Positions 13,314-27,300 of a stretch of 64,000 nt of DNA are shown piece after piece. The position numbers and the translations under genes were made by a program. Numbering within the stretch: the stretch's first letter is position 1; each line of letters begins with the position of its first letter. Source of the DNA: Tubiluchus corallicola (Eukaryota; Animalia; Priapulida). Location: assembly GCA_030141605.1 (NCBI GenBank), contig JAQGDQ010000597.1, positions 68,292 through 132,291 of the forward strand, given 5' to 3'. Under the pieces are notes generated by a model. It did no database searches, was not told the origin of the DNA, and saw nothing but the letters and a program-made list of their open reading frames with translations.

Positions 13314-16300
13314 TCACAAGTCAGCTTCCTCCTTATTGGACTTTTTTTTCTTTTTCTTCTTGTGTTTACTAAAACTGTCAACATTATGTATAGCACCAAC
13401 TCTGTCAAAATCAATATCTACATGCTCGGAAGAATGTTTCTTCTTCTTGAATTCATTTTCAATGGCAGCATTGTGGTCAATGCTGATTCGCTCAACATTG
13501 TCCTTCTTTTTCTTCTTCTTTTTGTGTTTACTTTCATTGTTGACAGCGAGAGAGGCACTAGTTTGGTCGATATTTCCATCTACAAGCTCAAAAGAATGCT
13601 TCCTCTTTCTGTGTGTACTTTCACTATGGGTATTACATAAGGCACTAATTCTGTCCGAAGGTTCATTGACATCCTTAGACAGATGTTTCTTTTTCTTGTG
13701 CTTATGCTTACTTTGACTATATGTGCTTTGTAAGACAACAGTTCCGTCATAATTTTCATTTTCATGCTCAAAACGTTTCTTCTTTTTCTTCATCTTCTTT
13801 TCTTCATCCGTCAAATGTTTGGCAGCAACACAACTGTCGTCAAGTGCAGCATCCGTTGACAACAAACTTAACGACGACTCACAGTCAGTTGATTTCTTGT
13901 TTCTTCCATCATCTTCTACAAGCGTCACTGCAAAGAAAATATTCTTCTAAATAGGGAAAAGTGTTTTCCACATACAACAAATTTACCAAAGTACAAAATG
14001 TACAAAATGAATGAACTTTTCATCAATACTTTGAAATATTACTTTACATCAAGTTGTTAGCAAGTAGTGCTGAAGCAAAATCTCTGAAGACGAATCGAAG
14101 TCGTCTTCTTTTGAATCTTCTCTTTGAATCTTTTTTAAGATTGAAGCCATGAGGCCAAGTCAAGTCTTAGTCATTCAGACACGAGTCTGAATTGAGGTTC
14201 AAGTCTTTCGTGTTTTTCATGCTGGATTATAGAGGAACACAGTAAACAATTTTGAAATTTTGAATTTAATTCAAATCTGAATCATTCACATGCAAGTGAG
14301 AGTCGAGAAGCAACTTTTGTTTTTTGTTTTGCTGGAGTTACAGTCGAGTCGGAGTCAAAAAGTTAGACTCGACTCAGAATTCCGATTCCAGAACTCCAAC
14401 ACAGACGGGAAGTAAAAAAATTGGCACAAGGAGTGACACATGGTAGCTGCTCTATAGCAGTTATAGTACAAACAATAATTTTTCAAATCCCCATTGTAAT
14501 TATGAAATCAATCCATGTGGGCAGATTAAACATTAGCTGTATCATGTGATACAATTATAATTTTGAAAATAAAAAGACTAATTGTGAACCATGGGATACT
14601 ACCATCAAACAGTTCCGAGTCACTAGTAATACTAAAAAATAGATTGACAAAACTAATTTGTTATTTCTGGGGTTTGTTATTACCTCGTCAACATTTTATT
14701 TGTTTCTTTCACTATAATTTTGTAAAGCACCTACAGTTTTGACAAATCACATTTTACCTACGACTAAAATAAAGATTTATCTTCACTTGCCTATCGGCCA
14801 TCGCTGCTTCAAGTCGTCAGGTAACGTAAACAACTTTTGAGGCGGTATTTCGGGTAGTAACACCTCTGGCTCAGTAACTGCCTGTTGTATCGCAATCTCA
14901 CCACAAAATGCAGGTGCTGAAACAAAAAGTATTAATTTGTGATAAAGCAAAGTGCCAAAAACAGATTAGTGCAAATAAATAACAGCAACCATTTATTGTT
15001 ATCAGCATTGACTGTAATAAAAAAGCAAATAAATTACAAGCTTTGATGTCCCCAAACTAAGGGCAAGAATTTCAAAACTATTTAACATGATTATACAAAT
15101 AAATGTTTGATTTAATGAAGCAAAACAAAATTCAAGCATGTAATATTAAAGCGAAATTTCGTCCTGTTAAAATAATAACCAAAAATACAGACCACAATAC
15201 GGCATTACAATTTCGCCTTAATGTATTTCGTATGCAGAAAAGTGACTTTTCATTAATGACACAACCAATAGAAAACGTCATTCTTTAGAGGCAATTGTCA
15301 GGTTTAGAAAACACAGAGTACATCACGAAATTACATTTAACAAATAGCAAACTCGAATGAATTAGCATACCCACCAACAACAAACTGCTTTAACTCTTTA
15401 CTGGGGAGCATCCAGTTCCATCCCTGATACTAAAGCAATAAATTGAAAGTATGTACATGTTGTGTATTAATGTGCCATATACATCTAAAGATTTGATACT
15501 CCTTAGTTACCAATCAGTACAACCAATCAATACAATAGATAAGTTGCTATTAGAAACTGATAGAAATGTGCCAGCAAAAACAGAAACAGCACAAAAAAAT
15601 CAGTAAAATCAATCAAGACTCTGAGACACTAGTTGACAGGTCACATAGAGTGCATAACAAATGAAGTTAAGCAACATGGCACCTGATCAAAAAATGGATG
15701 TGCCTCATCTTAATAGTGGTGGGACTGGATTAATAGACTTAAACAATTATAATCGACCTGAGTTTTTGTTTCCAGTAACCAATAGAGCGCACAATAAACA
15801 TAGACGTCATTGTAATGAAATCAAGCAATATGGTACTACCATTGCACAGTAACTTATTGCCCTGATGATGCTGCTTATATGTGAAGGTTTCTCATAAGCA
15901 CAAGTACATAGTTTTTGCAAACAAAAATAAGTATGTATAAGCATGCAAATGACGACAACAGTTTTTTTTACTGTTTTGTAAACTCCAAAATAATAAAATG
16001 AACTCGTTGAAAACTTATTCTTCACTTTACACATGTTACTTTCTCTACCAACATTGTAATTAAAACAGCACTGGTTAAGATAACAAACCTGTTACATGTA
16101 AATTGATCATAAAAATTTCAAAATTACTACTTTTGTCTGCTTGAAAACCGATAATTATCAATTATCAAATCGATTTCATACCTGATTAATCTACTATGAA
16201 AATGAAACAAACTTCCTACCAATATATTTAGGGTATTATCCTTGATAACTGTCAAAGTTCTTGCTACAATCATTCAACATTTAGCCACATCACTTCTGAT

Positions 16301-19300
16301 GCGTGCTGGATTCGGACTTGTGGTGCACAAAATTGTATGTAAAGCGTAAAAAATAAACAAAGAAATTGCTTGTTTCTAATATTGTTAAATACAAATCTGC
16401 AGGTTAATTATTTACACAGGTTTCAGAAAAATGGGTAATTTCTAATATAGCTGCATTAAATGACATCAACTAACATAACTGCAAAAGCAATCAGAACCGC
16501 AATCAAAACAAGATTCACTAACAGGAAAAACAGCGTCAAAAACAAAATTGTTAGTAAATTCGTGACACTAACACAAAACTGTTAGCTAATTTGCAAGAGA
16601 ATTCCTTTCACATAAAAAAGACAAAAATTTAGATATATGGAAAAAGCAGTAAACAAGAAGATCAACATCAACCACTAAAATTATCTTAGAAGGCGTTTAA
16701 CTAAAGGTTCTAGAAATTAATTGATTCTTCGATTATTTGAGGAAGATTTTAGCTTGTTTAAAAGAAGAGCAACAGAATACTGTTTTACAACAACAACAAC
16801 AGCAACAACAATCTCCCAATTCTAGTCTTTATATTCCATACCTGGTCATTAGGTCCTTGGCTTGTTGTGATTTTATACAACTGCTCCTGCAAAAGTGAAA
16901 CAAAAGTGATCAAATTATTCAATGGAATAGTGATTTCAGGTTTATCTTTCAAATATCAAGTGAGGCACGATTTCTTTCCATACCCTGTTGTTAAATAACT
17001 CTGCATTAAACTTCTGTTTTCAACACTTGCTCTTGGAGGTTTCATTGACCACTGTGATTCTGACTGGGAAGGATGTATTTACATGCGAACATGGCTAAGA
17101 TAACTCTGTCAATTCAGGGGCTCATCTGAGGAAGTCAGCATTAATAATGAGCTAGGTTTCATCTTGCCACACACATCAACATTGTATACCCTGCTAGCAG
17201 CAAGCCGAAGTGCCGACAAAAAATGAAAGGTGACTTTCAGATGATGCCTCAGACTTATAATCTAAAAATATCTTTTCACAGATAATCATAGACAATTGGT
17301 AAAATATTTTCTGTGATTATGCATTAGCTTAGGAATTTAATTAACGGCCAAAAGTGTCGATGACGTCACGATTGCATACCCAAAAGCAGGAATCTTCTAT
17401 ATTTATGCATCAAAACAAAACCACGAAGAAATCAACATCAACAATTAAGATTATCTTGGAAGGATTTTACTAAAAACCTCTTTATTTCAGGAATTAAGGA
17501 TGATTTTTAGCATATTTAAAACAAGGAAAACATAATAGAACATTTTATAAAAAACATAAAATTAAATAATGTGCTGCTGTGTGACATCGACAATGAAATA
17601 CTAAAACTCGAGAAATTCTAAGTTTACAATTTCAAACTGCAGGTCCATGTATTGATTTTTGAATTTTTGCATCATATTTTTATTTAGGTGGATTGTTGCG
17701 TGAACATGACCTTCACTGTGTCAAAATGTTGCAGATCTTGTATGTGAATAAAAGCTATGTCTTTGCATAAGTGGGTGCTGGCTATTATTTCTGTTTTAAG
17801 AATTCATTTTGCCCATCATTAACTAATGATCAATGAATAACAAATGCTGACATTTTGCTGCATTGTGTTTTCCACTGCTAAAAAATTTAGTGATTGGCCA
17901 CAAACTAGTGCACTTTTAATACTTGCAAATCTCATAATTATGATAAAAAATGTGCAAAAAGTTTTATTTAGCAACTCTCTTTGTCAATGACAAACTGATT
18001 TGAACTACTACAGATTTGAGATGAAATGAAAAAACTCACAGATTTTGCAGGTCTCGCCTCCGTTTTGTTACTGCACTTCACCGTAACTGCCTCTCCTCCA
18101 ATAAGTGGCACTTCTGCCTCGTTCAGGAGGGAAACTAAATCTACCTAAAATAGAATGTATGCAAGTAATTAGCTAATCCTTTAGGGTTAAAAGAGCCCAG
18201 ATATAAGCAAGAGACACATGGCCACCATGCTTTTGCACTTAGTGCTCCACGGCTGTGGAATCGCTAACCATTAACTATGCGTTAACTACCAACATCTAAA
18301 AAACTTTTAAAAAACACTTAAAAGCACAACTTTTTAGGCAGTATTGTGAATTATAGTTTTATTTGTACATTATTCAATTTTACGAAGACTTTTAAAATCT
18401 TATAAGGTTAGAACTATTTATAATTTGTATAATTTTGTGAAGTTTAAATTTTATAATGACTGTACATAATAGTAAATTGTAAAGCACAATGAAATCTCTG
18501 ATGTGATGCATCCTACAAGTAATAAATTATTATTATTGCTATTATTATTATTATTATCAGCTATTTACAGCAATTAAGATTAAGGCTTACATAAGTTAAA
18601 GACTTTTAGATAAGTATGTTAACTTTGGCAAACATGTCTGACGAAGAATAAAAACACTAAATGTCATGCTTCTACAAAAAGTCACAAAAAGAAAGCGGTT
18701 CACTTGCTCTAAAAGAACCATTTGGCATTCAAAATAAATGGACATAATATTTTGTGTTTAACAGAGAACAAATGACTATCTCCTTTTTCAAAACCTAGTT
18801 ATAAATTTGAACACATTAGAAGGAATTTGCTGAACAACAGAGCCAGAAAACGCGATGGAGTTCTAAAAAGCATAGGAAAATTTAAGCAGGAAAATAGCAC
18901 CAACATTTTCTAATTGTTAGTAGTAGTAAATTTACTTAGCTATTTAAACTTAATACTATAGCTAAGATGTTGGTACATATTACTTATTACGATGAAAGAC
19001 CATCACCCAGTCACATCTAATCGTTGTTTGAGGCGGGCCAAATAGTCGAGTTGTCTGTCATGCTTCATGAAACAGGTTGAGGTCTTTGTAATGAGCCAAA
19101 CTCATGCCTTAATAACGAGCCTGACTGAAATCCTGATAAGGAACCAGGCTCGGGTCTTGATACGAAGCCAGAATCAGGTCTTGATAATGAGCCAGTCATA
19201 GGCCCTGATAATGAGCCGGGCAAAGGCCCTGATAATGAGCCAGGTTCAGGTCTTGATAAGGAGCCAGGCTCAGAACATCAATGTTGAGTAGCTCCTGCCA

Positions 19301-20917
19301 TTTTATGTTTGATGCTGATTGGCAGTAAACCAAATTGCATAAAAAAGTCTGCATCATCAACAGCATTTTCCCAGTAAATTTAGCATAACCTGAAAGTAAA
19401 TGTCAATGAACAAAATCATCATATCATTCACGCACTTAGATAAACCACTCACATTTTGAGGAACCTTGATTAGAAATAGCCGTTTGGTCTTGTCATAAAC
19501 CTCCTCTGCCCAAAGCACGTCGCCTTCTTCTTCTGCATTTTTGGAAAATGTTTCTTCAATCATCTCAGGTGGAACCTCAACGCTGGAATCAGAAACATGA
19601 AGTTGAAGTAAAAATACATTTAGTTTTTGCTATCTACGATAAAACTTATGGTACATATAACCATCACCTTCTCGCCAACCAGCAAACTAACTAGATATTC
19701 TGTTATAGAGGGTAGAATTCTGGCTGGCTTAACATCAAACTGTATAAAATGCTTAAAGGAAAACAGCTCACAATTTCAGACCAACAGACTCGAAAAGCAG
19801 TTTTAGCAGTTTAGCACAAAAACCTAATTTTGGTAGGTTTTTCTTGTTGCATGTTGGCAGCCATACATATTTAGACATGTAAAATGTCTTTATAGAAATG
19901 CATTGCACAGTATAACAAAGCCAGTCATGACATTAAGACAGTCCCATGAAACAATACAATAGCCCAGTGACAACTTCAAATGTTTATATTCTGAACCTAT
20001 ATAGAAATTGCCAAGTTTCTGCTAAATTAAAAAAAATTATAATGAATTAATTGCAAGCCATTAATTAGGTTTTTCAGCCAATATTTGCTAATCAGAAACA
20101 TTTTAGTAATTATTAAGATAAGGGTAAGAAAAGGCGCGGTCTGAAAAATATTGTCCTGTTTTCCTGAACTAAGCTGAGAATAATCATTACAAATTGATAG
20201 CTGGAAAAATCTAAGTCTATCTATTCCTAATGTTACATTTTCGTAAAAATTATGTACATACACACATTCCTGCAGACATTATGGTGTAACCTTTATAGGC
20301 CTAAAACATAAAAGAAAACAAAAAGAAGGAAGAAAACTAAACAAATTTAGGAAAATCAGGTGACCCAAAGTTTCTTTAACTCACCTGTGCTTAAGGGAAG
20401 ATGCTGGTATCTTTATGACAGATGATGAAGAATACTGATCAGTCATCAAAGGTTCATTTGACGAAGATTCAAAAGGAGGTTTAGTGTCTACCTCTAATTT
20501 TTGTACATCTGCACTAAGATTGTCCGGATTTCTGTTTCCCTCAATACCTAGAATATCCACATTCACAAAGGAGTCGTTTTCAACACTTTGCTGCTCATGG
20601 TTACTGCCAATGTAAGAGCCATCCAGCTGCTCACTGGAATTGTCCAATCTGTTCTTTTTAGGACTAGTTGCTTCATCAGAATCAGATATATGGTCAGACT
20701 TTGATCGTTTCTTCTTTTTCTTTTTATGTTTTTTGGGAGACAATCTCTCCAACGGTTTAAAGAACTGAAAACTGATGTCACTCAAGCCTGCACTTTTTGC
20801 AGGAGATATATCACTTGAGCCTGGCTCGATACCTCTTGTCGAAGAACTGATGTTTAAGTTCAGATCATTTGCTGTAGACGATGAGGACAAAATGTCGTCG
20901 ACATGATGTTTTCCCAT
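13314..20917 (-). CDS. POLR1G: RNA polymerase I subunit RPA34 (POLR1G/CD3EAP/PAF49)-like protein, 533 aa. Coding exons: 20917-20385, 19582-19453, 18144-18040, 16886-16842, 15423-15375, 14916-14791, 13927-13314
   Basis: Exons join in frame (1602 nt). The core VPPEM...LFLIKVPQNVDL...VPLIG...YKI...WMLPS...PAFCGEIAI...IPP...LPDDLKQRW resembles the RPA34 domain pattern as I recall it (LWLIxAP...VPLSG...PPGLRPRF). A Lys-rich (KKKKK) C-terminal tail follows, typical of RPA34. Confidence 0.72.
13928..14790 (-). other. GC-AG intron in the POLR1G-like gene
   Basis: Donor reads ATAG|GCAAGT, otherwise consensus. Read-through gives an immediate stop (GGC AAG TGA). The phase-1 join to TTGCAG|TG opens the 204-aa terminal exon. 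Confidence 0.75.
19088..19272. repeat. Degenerate 24-bp minisatellite (GATAATGAGCCAGGCTCAGGTCTT), about 8 copies
   Basis: Directly visible, in a POLR1G-like intron. Confidence 0.8.
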
Positions 20918-21423
20918 CTATTTTAAAAAAGAGAAAACAAAAACATTAGTCACGTGACTCATATATTATTATTTTATTTATTTATTTTAAGTGGATTGGT
21001 AAATTGTATAAACGATCATATCGTATAAACTAAATGGGAGAGAAAGATAGGAATGTTAAATAACAGACTCGCATCCTGCACAGCAAAAGCCAAAGTAACA
21101 TGTGGAATATCAATTCGACGCGACACGCTGAAACAGTGAATTTTTTTGTACAGACCTTGAAATAGCTTGAACTGAACTGAGCTAACAATTTAAAAATATA
21201 ATTATATATAATAATAATAACCGCCTAGAGAAATGGTGTTTTAATCCAAAACAATAAAAAGTTGAAAGTACTTCTAACAGTAGCACTGCAAATTTACGAT
21301 AAAATAGGGTATATCATAAATCATAATTTGACTTTAAATAATAAGCACCTCGCTAAGCATGATATAAGAAAGGAATTATTATATTATAAAAAAATGACAG
21401 CATTATACATGTAAAAACTGCAA

Positions 21424-23665
21424 GATCATCATCATCATCATATCATCATCTGTTGTAAACATTGGGCAGACAGAATTCTAAAATAAAAGCCGTAATCCAG
21501 CAAACAAAGTAGACACTGCAAGATCAACTTGTCAATATCTCCTCTAACATGACCCTTGACATCACTTCAGAACATGCTGCAATGTCACCATCCCATGAAT
21601 CTGTATTTTTGATTTCTAATGGTGTATTCATAAGATCTATTTGGATGAAATTGATGTAAGTCAGCAGCTGTTGTCCTTGTGGTTTCTTTTCTTTCTGTAA
21701 TCTTTAATGGCCTGTCATCTGGTAGTCTTATCCATCTTAATCTTCCCCTTTTGGTGTTAACTGTCCATTCCTCTGCCTTGACTTTATTATACACATCCTG
21801 GTTTGATATTTTCTTTGGCCAGTTTATTCCTAAATTGTTCCTATGGTTTCTTCTTTCAGATGCAACGATTTCTGATTTGTGATGTGCTTTGATTGTCCAT
21901 AATTCTGAGTTGTAGTGAAACCCAGTTTCCACAAGTGCAGCCAAATATTCTCAGTTTTGTTTCTAGTTTGACCCTCTTACTTTCAAAATTGTTTGATATT
22001 TTTTTAATATGCAGCTAGTGTTAAGATTTTTCTTCTTGTTGATATAGATGTATCTTTATCTGTTGACAGAAGACTGCCTAGGTATTTACATTTCCTCCAA
22101 GCATCATCTCCATTTCTTCTTATGTGATACTCTTCTGTTTTATCCTTATTTGATATGAGGTCCATTTCTTTTGATTTTCTTTCTAGTTTGATTTTGATGT
22201 CATCTATTTCATCTTTGGTTCTTATTATCCATATAACATCATCAGCATAATAAAAGTCTGTGGTTGTAGGATATTCCATTTTATTAACATAATTGCATTC
22301 TAATTCTGTTCTCGACAGTAAATTTTCTGGATCCAGATTGATATAATTGTGGTTGTAAAGTTCTTTTCTATGTGTACTATTCCTGTCCATTAATGCTATA
22401 GCAAGATAGAAAGTGAATAGAACAGAACTTAGGCGGATGCCTTGAAGTATTCCTTTTTTGTGGAAAATGAGTAAAATATGAGAAAATATGGGAAAATATC
22501 ATATGAATTTCATCGGGATTAAGTATTTCTTGTAGATGGTGTAGCAGTGTCTTTCTTCGCACCGAGTCAAATGCTTTGGGGATGTCCATAAATAATATGT
22601 ATATTGAATAATCTGCTGAAGAAATGGCCTTTTCTGCTAGTATTCTGCAAGTCTGAGCAAGTTCTGTTGTATTTCTACCAGGCTGGTAAGCTGCTTGGCT
22701 TTTTGGAATACACTGATGCAGTCTGTCATGGATCCTGTTAAGCATACATATTGCTAGATTTTTTTTTATCATGGTTAATAGCATCAATGGCCTTAGATTT
22801 ACTATTGGTCCTCTCTTTTTTCCAAGCATTTGCAGGAACCACTGCAAAATCATTACCATCCAATGAATCATACGTCCAGGAATATGATTCGTGTTCACCT
22901 CCATATGCCAGGATTTCCTACTCACTGCAATGCCCCAAGTGCATTTATCTCTAAGGATCAGTGCTGAAGTGTTTAAATCTTTCTGTACAAAATCTAAATA
23001 TGTTAAAATTTGTCCTCCTGCAGGTTTTTTAGCTGGTTCTATGGCTTGTTGAAGAGCCATCTTCACTGGAATATCATCAGGTAGTCTAAAAATATGCCAA
23101 ATCCATCTTAAACGGCGTCTTTTTATTTTTCTTGTCCAAGGTTCTTCTTTTATTTTTTCATATAGATATTTATGTGAGATTTTTTTTGACCATCTGATAC
23201 CCAAAATGTTTCTGTAATTTCATCCTTGAAACTCACTGATTTCAGCTTTATGTCCACGGCTCAGAGTCGTACAGAAATAGTTTCAATTACGGTTGAGAAT
23301 ATTCTAATTTTTGTTTCCAGAAAAATCCTCCTATTCTCAAAAACTTTTGTGAGTTTTGAGTAACCTGATAATGCCATTATCTTCCATCTTGGTATGTCGT
23401 CTTCTGCTGCGAGCAGACTACTGAGATACTTGCATTTTTGCTATAATTCATCACCATGGTGTGTTGTGTGAAGCGCTTCAGTTTTATTTTTGTTCACTAC
23501 GAGATCCATTCTTTTCAGTTTCTCTTCTATTGAGTTTTTTATTTCATCTATTTCTTCTTTGCTTCTTGTAATCCATGCCACATCATCAACATACTGCATA
23601 GGTATAGTAGTTGACATACTTTGTAGAGAGCTGTAACTGTGTTCTTGTCTTTTTTGAGCCATATT
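21424..23665 (-). mobile_element. Decayed non-LTR retrotransposon (RTE-like LINE) fragments, two related 3' portions in tandem, in the presumed first intron of the POLR1G-like gene
   Basis: RT motifs QAAYQPGRNT and FMDIPKAFDSV; YADDVIW and YVDDVAW each occur once; KCKYLGSLL; RRRLRW...RLPDD twice. (GAT)n tail at 21424-21450. Many frameshifts and stops. Confidence 0.85.
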
Positions 23666-24009
23666 GTCTATGTAGTCACATACTCATATTTCATTACATA
23701 CTTTGTTTACTCAATTTTTCTGCACTGCCACTAGTTTTTGTGTTCCACAGTCCTTGGCATTATGCTTAAAAATATAATTTGATTTAAATTTTTTACAATT
23801 TTTTTTACAATTTACACTAACCTGAGAAAGGTAGCTGACATGATGACCAATTGGTCTTTCGCTACCCTTTATCCTGCACCCCCCCCCTAACTTTTTCCTT
23901 TAGGCATTATTTATCCTTTTTAATTAATAACTATAGCAATAATAGTCTACTGTATTCTGGTGTAAATGAGGAAATAAATAAAATGTCTATGTCAATGTCT
24001 ACGTCTTAC

Positions 24010-24309
24010 TTCATTTGGTATTAATTCCGGATCAAGAATTTTCTAATTGTGAATTCTAGGATTTTCTAACACTGCAAGACACAACACGTGAAAATCAAGA
24101 AATCCGGGACATCTTTCACTTGTTCTGCAAGATCCTTCATCGTTAGCGTTGATTTCTCATATTGCAATGCCTTGAAGAACAGAAACGTGATAGCAATTTG
24201 AAACGCTAATCATTCCGAGAAAATTACTCAGCCTCACTGGTTTTCTCAGAAATAAAGCTTAAAAACCTATCGAGTGTTCTGTGTTAATTTCTGTCAAATT
24301 GTAAAATTT
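24010..24309. promoter_or_regulatory. Probable bidirectional promoter / 5'UTR region shared by the POLR1G-like gene (-) and NitFhit (+)
   Basis: The POLR1G ATG (20917) is directly preceded by an acceptor (pyrimidine tract...AATAG|ATG), so an upstream exon is needed. A - strand donor GAA|GTAAGA is at 24009, 300 bp from the NitFhit ATG. There is a CACGTG E-box near 24085. Confidence 0.45.
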
Positions 24310-27300
24310 ATGCCATTAATAAATCGGTTTCGTTTTTCCAAAACCTCTTTTAAGTTTGCTTCATGGTTAACAAGGAATTTTACAATGTCTCTTTCCTACA
24401 AAAAGCACATTATTGGCATATGTCAAGTTACAGCTAGTTCTGATAAACGCAAGAACTTTGAGTCCTGTAAGCAGCAGATTGAAAATGCTGTCTCTAAAGG
24501 AGCTAAGGTTAGTCAAAATTTAATGTAAAACAAGCAGGTTATACTACTGGTAACTAAATTGAGTGCCATTATATTTTCACACCTAGTTTTTTAAAGCCTA
24601 TGAACTTTATGCATGCAAGAATAACATTTTGACTGCAATGGTCTAAGCTTATAACTAAAAACTCTAACCGAAGATTAATGGAGAGTTGGAGACTGACCTA
24701 AACCCTGAACTAAAAATAATGGATACTCTTGTCATGCTGGGAGCAAATTTGATTTTAATAGGACAAGCATGAAATATTTAAGATATTGATAAAAATTATT
24801 GCTAGGCATCTTTGTTGTCTATCTTACAGCAACTTAGAACAAATAGGAGGTGCAAATGTTATAAGGTAGTATACATGGCATTTTAATTAATAAAATCTGT
24901 TTAAAATGCTAATTAGATATAGGCTGCAAGTGCTTTAGTTTAATACTCAAATTCATTGTTTCAGTTTTATTCTGTATTATTACCATTGCAGATGGTGTTT
25001 TTACCTGAATGCTGCGACTATATTGGTGATAACCCGCAGCAAACGATAGAACTTGCTGAGGATCTTAATGGACCTACAGTCAACCGATACAGAGAATTAG
25101 CACAGCGATTAGGCGTATGGTTGTCTCTTGGTGGCATCCACGAAAAGGTACTGTATTATTTTCTTCATTAACTGATTCTCTTAAGTTCCTGAAACCTTAG
25201 TTCATGAAATATTAAACTTTTGACCTAGCATGTGTGGCAGTGTAACAGTTATTTTTCTAGATAATTTACATGTTCGCTTGAAATAGCACATCTTGCTACA
25301 ATATTGAACCACATTGCTGTTCCTATGCAGCTGGTATTAATATAATAAAGTGCTTTCATAATCTGTATGATCGTATCTGTTTATATATATTTGGCTTATA
25401 TTGTACTCTGACTGCTAGTTTAAGCTTACCTAATTAAATTACCTTAAAGATAAACTAGCAATTTATTTTCTTTTTGTATGTTATATTTACACAATTGTAA
25501 TAATTTTCAAATGTTCAGGGGCCAGAAAGCGATCGTACCCGGGCATACAATACTCATGTCATTTTGGACAGCAGCGGTACAATGGTCAGTACTTACCGCA
25601 AGATGCATATGTTTGATGTAGAGATTGCAGACAAAGTTTCACTTCGTGAGAGCGACTACACCATTCCTGGCACAGTCATTGCATCCCCGACTGCAACGCC
25701 AGTGGGTAAAGTTGGACTAGGAATTGTATCCTTGAGCATTTTGAGAACTTGTTTCAAATTCGTAGCATTATTTTCTTTTACCCTTGACTGCCAGTAGTGC
25801 AATTACACACTTGCACTGTTTTTTGAACTTACCCATAGATGGCAGACAAAAATTGCTCAGTCACCATAGCAATGCCCATTCCGGCAGTGTGATGTTAGAA
25901 CCTATAGCAAGACAATGAACGTTTTCAGCTGCCATAGCAACTTGTTCCAGCTAAGCCGTGGATTGCTGCTGCGTGAAATTTTACATAATTTTTTTTTACA
26001 AATATCATTAGCACACAAAAGCTTATGTCCTGCATTTACATAAATAACATACTCTAATAACATAAATGAATGCACCGGTACCACATGAAAAACACTTCAT
26101 TTACTGTACAAAACAGCATAAAACGCTTAATAGATTTACCGAAAATGCACAAAACCCAAAATTGATCTTAAAACAAGAATTTGATCATTACAAAGCTTAA
26201 AAACCCTTCTTGATAGATCCGTTGGCTATTTTACCTGCATGTACTCATTGTAACAAAATTAGCAAATATTGTGTATGAAATTTCTCAATGGCCAGTAAGT
26301 TAATCAGATGCAACAATGAAACTTGTAATTGCACTATTTGCAGTCGCATGTAACATTGCTGTTTGCTACATATTTTGGCTCATGCTTTTGTTGTAGAGTT
26401 CTTGCAAGATTACAACAACCTAACAACCTTTGGTAAACTAGACTCTCTGTGCAGGCCAGTCAACTTCATGAACAAAGATTCCATTGTAGCAAGTCCGGGC
26501 ATGATTGCTATGGTGTGAGAGTAAGTCCATATGGTTTCTGAGTGCAGAATTTAAAGTGACAAAATCCTATTATGTAACTGTCTGCTCTTGCCTAAGACAA
26601 ATTTCATATGAAACTAAGTACCAGTCAGTTTGTTTTTTATAGTCCTGTCAATTAAAATTCCGGGCAAGGTTGTTATGTGTATTTAGCAACCAAAGTTAAG
26701 CAATGTCAAACCTGATCAGTAAGTGGATCAGTGTTCATGGATTCAATATTCTTCTAGGTATGCTTTATTCTGCTACACTACTCGTCAGCATTTACCTCAT
26801 TGACAGAGTATTTATGCTAGGGGCACACTACATTATTAACTTGAAAAACTTTATTGAAACGTAGGACTATTGAAATATTGAAATGTAATGCCAAAAATGT
26901 CAAATATATGATCTCTATCATCTGGCAACTAAATCTACAATCTGCAAAACTTTTGCCTGCACTCTTGTTGCTGGGTATGAAAAGTGATGCAACACTAAGA
27001 GAAATTTGCTCTATTGAAGCTCAGTTATTTGACATATTGCTTATTTATTTGACAAATTTGCCTAAGAGTCTCATTGTGGGACACAGTGGCACAAAAACCT
27101 TAATACCTGGCATTTTTAGCTCTAAGTATTCAGACCCCATGCAAAACTTTAAGCGCACTATGCTATATTGTTATTGCAGTCAAAAGAGACATTTCATTGC
27201 AATTTGTCTAATCTTGTTTTAGACCTAGGTACAGATCCAATTTTTATTCGTGGAATGATATACTGATTTTGCAAACATGGATTTGGTGCAATCCTATTGC

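Noticed and set aside
13245-13954. + strand hydrophobic ORFs
   Set aside because: Antisense shadows of the Lys-rich POLR1G-like terminal exon.
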